DNA of 54,758 nucleotides from Octopus bimaculoides. Lineage: Eukaryota. The stretch's first letter is position 1. Every line of letters starts with the position of its first letter. The position numbers and the translations under genes were made by a program. The notes beneath the pieces were generated by a model. It saw nothing but the letters and a program-made list of their open reading frames with translations. It had not been told where the DNA came from and searched no databases. Positions 51,836 to 54,758 of the stretch are shown here, one piece after another. The DNA is taken from assembly GCF_001194135.2 (NCBI RefSeq), contig NC_068996.1, forward strand, positions 5,118,619 through 5,173,376, read 5' to 3'.

Positions 51836-52072
51836 CGCTGACAGGGGAGGTAACCTAGCTGTTTATATTTTAATATTTTTAATATACGCATTCGCAATTC
51901 GCTAAATCAAACATAAAACTTTATGGTAAAAATATATATACGACAACCGGATTTAGCCAAAACCTTGAGCGTTTGAGTAGTGAGTACTGACGAGCCTTCG
52001 ACTGCTAGGCGAAACTACTCGTGGCTAGTGATTCTAGAGACGCTCATGTGATGGTTATCGCCCCTATCAGCG
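51836..52072. mobile_element. TA-flanked MITE-like element (237 bp) containing a hammerhead core
   Basis: TIRs CGCTGACAGGGGAGGTAACC (51836-51855) and GGTTATCGCCCCTATCAGCG (52053-52072), 17/20 match. TA on both sides. Confidence 0.6.
51966..52046 (+). ncRNA. Type I hammerhead ribozyme-like motif, probably degenerate
   Basis: CTGACGA at 51987-93; stem II GCCT/AGGC; GAAA at 52011-14; stem III ACTA/TAGT; distal stem I TGAGCGTTT/AGACGCTCA. Position 17 is G and proximal stem I is imperfect. Confidence 0.6.
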
Positions 52073-52194
52073 TATATATATTTCACGCTTCTTACATCAT
52101 TACGAGATTTTTAACTCTTTTTTTCTAGCAATATAAGTGCTTCGGCTCCCTCAGTCACAATTAATGACGATTAAATTACATTTGTATACACGCA

Positions 52195-52264
<70 letters not shown>

Positions 52265-53550
52265 NNNNNNNNNNNNNNNNNNNNNNNNNNNNNNNNNNNN
52301 NNNNNNNNNNNNNNNNNNNNNNNNNNNNNNNNNNNNNNNNNNNNNNNNNNNNNNNNNNNNNNNNNNNNNNNNNNNNNNNNNNNNNNNNNNNNNNNNNNNN
52401 NNNNNNNNNNNNNNNNNNNNNNNNNNNNNNNNNNNNNNNNNNNNNNNNNNNNNNNNNNNNNNNNNNNNNNNNNNNNNNNNNNNNNNNNNNNNNNNNNNNN
52501 NNNNNNNNNNNNNNNNNNNNNNNNNNNNNNNNNNNNNNNNNNNNNNNNNNNNNNNNNNNNNNNNNNNNNNNNNNNNNNNNNNNNNNNNNNNNNNNNNNNN
52601 NNNNNNNNNNNNNNNNNNNNNNNNNNNNNNNNNNNNNNNNNNNNNNNNNNNNNNNNNNNNNNNNNNNNNNNNNNNNNNNNNNNNNNNNNNNNNNNNNNNN
52701 NNNNNNNNNNNNNNNNNNNNNNNNNNNNNNNNNNNNNNNNNNNNNNNNNNNNNNNNNNNNNNNNNNNNNNNNNNNNNNNNNNNNNNNNNNNNNNNNNNNN
52801 NNNNNNNNNNNNNNNNNNNNNNNNNNNNNNNNNNNNNNNNNNNNNNNNNNNNNNNNNNNNNNNNNNNNNNNNNNNNNNNNNNNNNNNNNNNNNNNNNNNN
52901 NNNNNNNNNNNNNNNNNNNNNNNNNNNNNNNNNNNNNNNNNNNNNNNNNNNNNNNNNNNNNNNNNNNNNNNNNNNNNNNNNNNNNNNNNNNNNNNNNNNN
53001 NNNNNNNNNNNNNNNNNNNNNNNNNNNNNNNNNNNNNNNNNNNNNNNNNNNNNNNNNNNNNNNNNNNNNNNNNNNNNNNNNNNNNNNNNNNNNNNNNNNN
53101 NNNNNNNNNNNNNNNNNNNNNNNNNNNNNNNNNNNNNNNNNNNNNNNNNNNNNNNNNNNNTATATATATACATATACATATATATATTTACTTGCTAACA
53201 GAAGAAGTAAATGTGAGTGGACATAAATTTGAGATAAATATACCGTTAGACTAAGATAAATAGACAGGTAGACAAACATATGGATGGTCAGATAAAGAGA
53301 CAGACAAATACTTGTGCAAGTAAGAGAGGAGATAGAAACGTAGTTGGATTAGTTTAGTAGGTGATTAGATCGGTGTTCGGTTATGTCGGTTTGAAAATTG
53401 TTCGAAAGGTTCCAAGGTAGGTAGGTAGATAGGATAAGAAGGGGAAGAATAACTATAGACAGTGTTAGGTAGTTAACTGACTATAAATATAGATAGTTTG
53501 TGTGTGGTGTGCATGTTTGTACATCTGTGCTTGTATCTTGTAGCCTGTGT

Positions 53551-53593
<43 letters not shown>

Positions 53594-54245
53594 NNNNNNN
53601 NNNNNNNNNNNNNNNNNNNNNNNNNNNNNNNNNNNNNNNNNNNNNNNNNNNNNNNNNNNNNNNNNNNNNNNNNNNNNNNNNNNNNNNNNNNNNNNNNNNN
53701 NNNNNNNNNNNNNNNNNNNNNNNNNNNNNNNNNNNNNNNNNNNNNNNNNNNNNNNNNNNNNNNNNNNNNNNNNNNNNNNNNNNNNNNNNNNNNNNNNNNN
53801 NNNNNNNNNNNNNNNNNNNNNNNNNNNNNNNNNNNNNNNNNNNNNNNNNNNNNNNNNNNNNNNNNNNNNNNNNNNNNNNNNNNNNNNNNNNNNNNNNNNN
53901 NNNNNNNNNNNNNNNNNNNNNNNNNNNNNNNNNNNNNNNNNNNNNNNNNNNNNNNNNNNNNNNNNNNNNNNNNNNNNNNNNNNNNNNNNNNNNNNNNNNN
54001 NNNNNNNNNNNNNNNNNNNNNNNNNNNNNNNTATGACAAAAAAAAATAGGGAAAGAAGAAACAAAAAAAAAATGACGACTCCAGCCTTGAATTTCAGTTT
54101 TGTATTAAAATATATGAAGACATGGTAATTCTTTGATTTCGGTTTTTCTTTTTTTTCATTTTAACTGTTGAATGATAAAGAATCGAAGGAATTTTAAAAC
54201 AAAAAAATATAAACGAATTTCTTCCCAGACATACAGAAAAATATT

Positions 54246-54354
54246 GGCGTGTGATATGACGCTTACTCCCAACAACAGGGTTACGAGTTCAGTCCTACTG
54301 CGTGGCACTTTGAACAAGTGTCTCCTACTATAGCCTCGAGCTGAAACAAGACCG

Positions 54355-54357
<3 letters not shown>
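54246..54357 (+). mobile_element. SINE family A head and core, internally deleted, running into (TA)n
   Basis: GGCGTGTG...GAGTTCAGTCCTACTGCGTGGCACTTTGAACAAGTGTCTCCTACTATAGCCTCG matches the reverse complement of 18950-19025. Confidence 0.75.
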
Positions 54358-54394
<37 letters not shown>

Positions 54395-54412
54395 GCATAC
54401 ATACATAGATGC

Positions 54413-54443
<31 letters not shown>

Positions 54444-54758
54444 CATACATACATACATACATACGTACATGCATACATATACATATACGACGGACTCTCC
54501 TTTCGAAGACGACATGTGAGCGTTCAGCTTTTTGCCGAATGATCTGCACAAATGATTTGTTTATAATGAATCAAATGTATGTGTTGTACATTAGCACCTC
54601 ATTCTCTCGCTCCATCAAATCGACGTTGTCTGAACATGTGTATGGTGTACAACGATTCATTGTGGAAAAGATCGCAGACCTACGTGAGATGAAGTGATTT
54701 GCTCCAGAACAAAACGCACCACACGGTCAAGGAGTCCTCAATAATATATATATATATA

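Overview
Eukaryotic, AT-rich, repeat-saturated draft-assembly DNA with 11 N-gaps and dense di-, tri- and tetranucleotide microsatellites. The SINE families match those I recall from octopus genomes, so the source is probably a coleoid cephalopod (inference, not searched). There is no intact, confidently nameable host gene, no rRNA, no true tRNA and no CRISPR. Almost all long ORFs in the track are microsatellite or N-run translations. The first 15 kb is a pile-up of decayed R4/Dong-clade (restriction-like endonuclease) non-LTR retrotransposon fragments in both orientations, plus Tx1/L1-clade 3' ends and tRNA-derived SINEs anchored on (TAA)n/(ATT)n repeats. Further along are CR1 and RTE LINE fossils, two short solo LTRs with 5-bp TSDs, a probable Academ-like transposase fossil, mariner-type MITEs and several long inverted repeats. 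The most notable signal is a type I hammerhead ribozyme core (CTGACGA-stem II-GAAA, 51966-52046) inside a TA-flanked, TIR-bounded 237-bp MITE-like element. Weaker candidates are a structured, pseudoknot-like 170-nt segment at 26640-26810, a 152-bp-TIR element full of short palindromes at 7321-8080, and two possible host exons near 39.7-40.0 kb. Family names come from recognising motifs by eye, and fragment boundaries are approximate unless TSDs or TIRs are cited.
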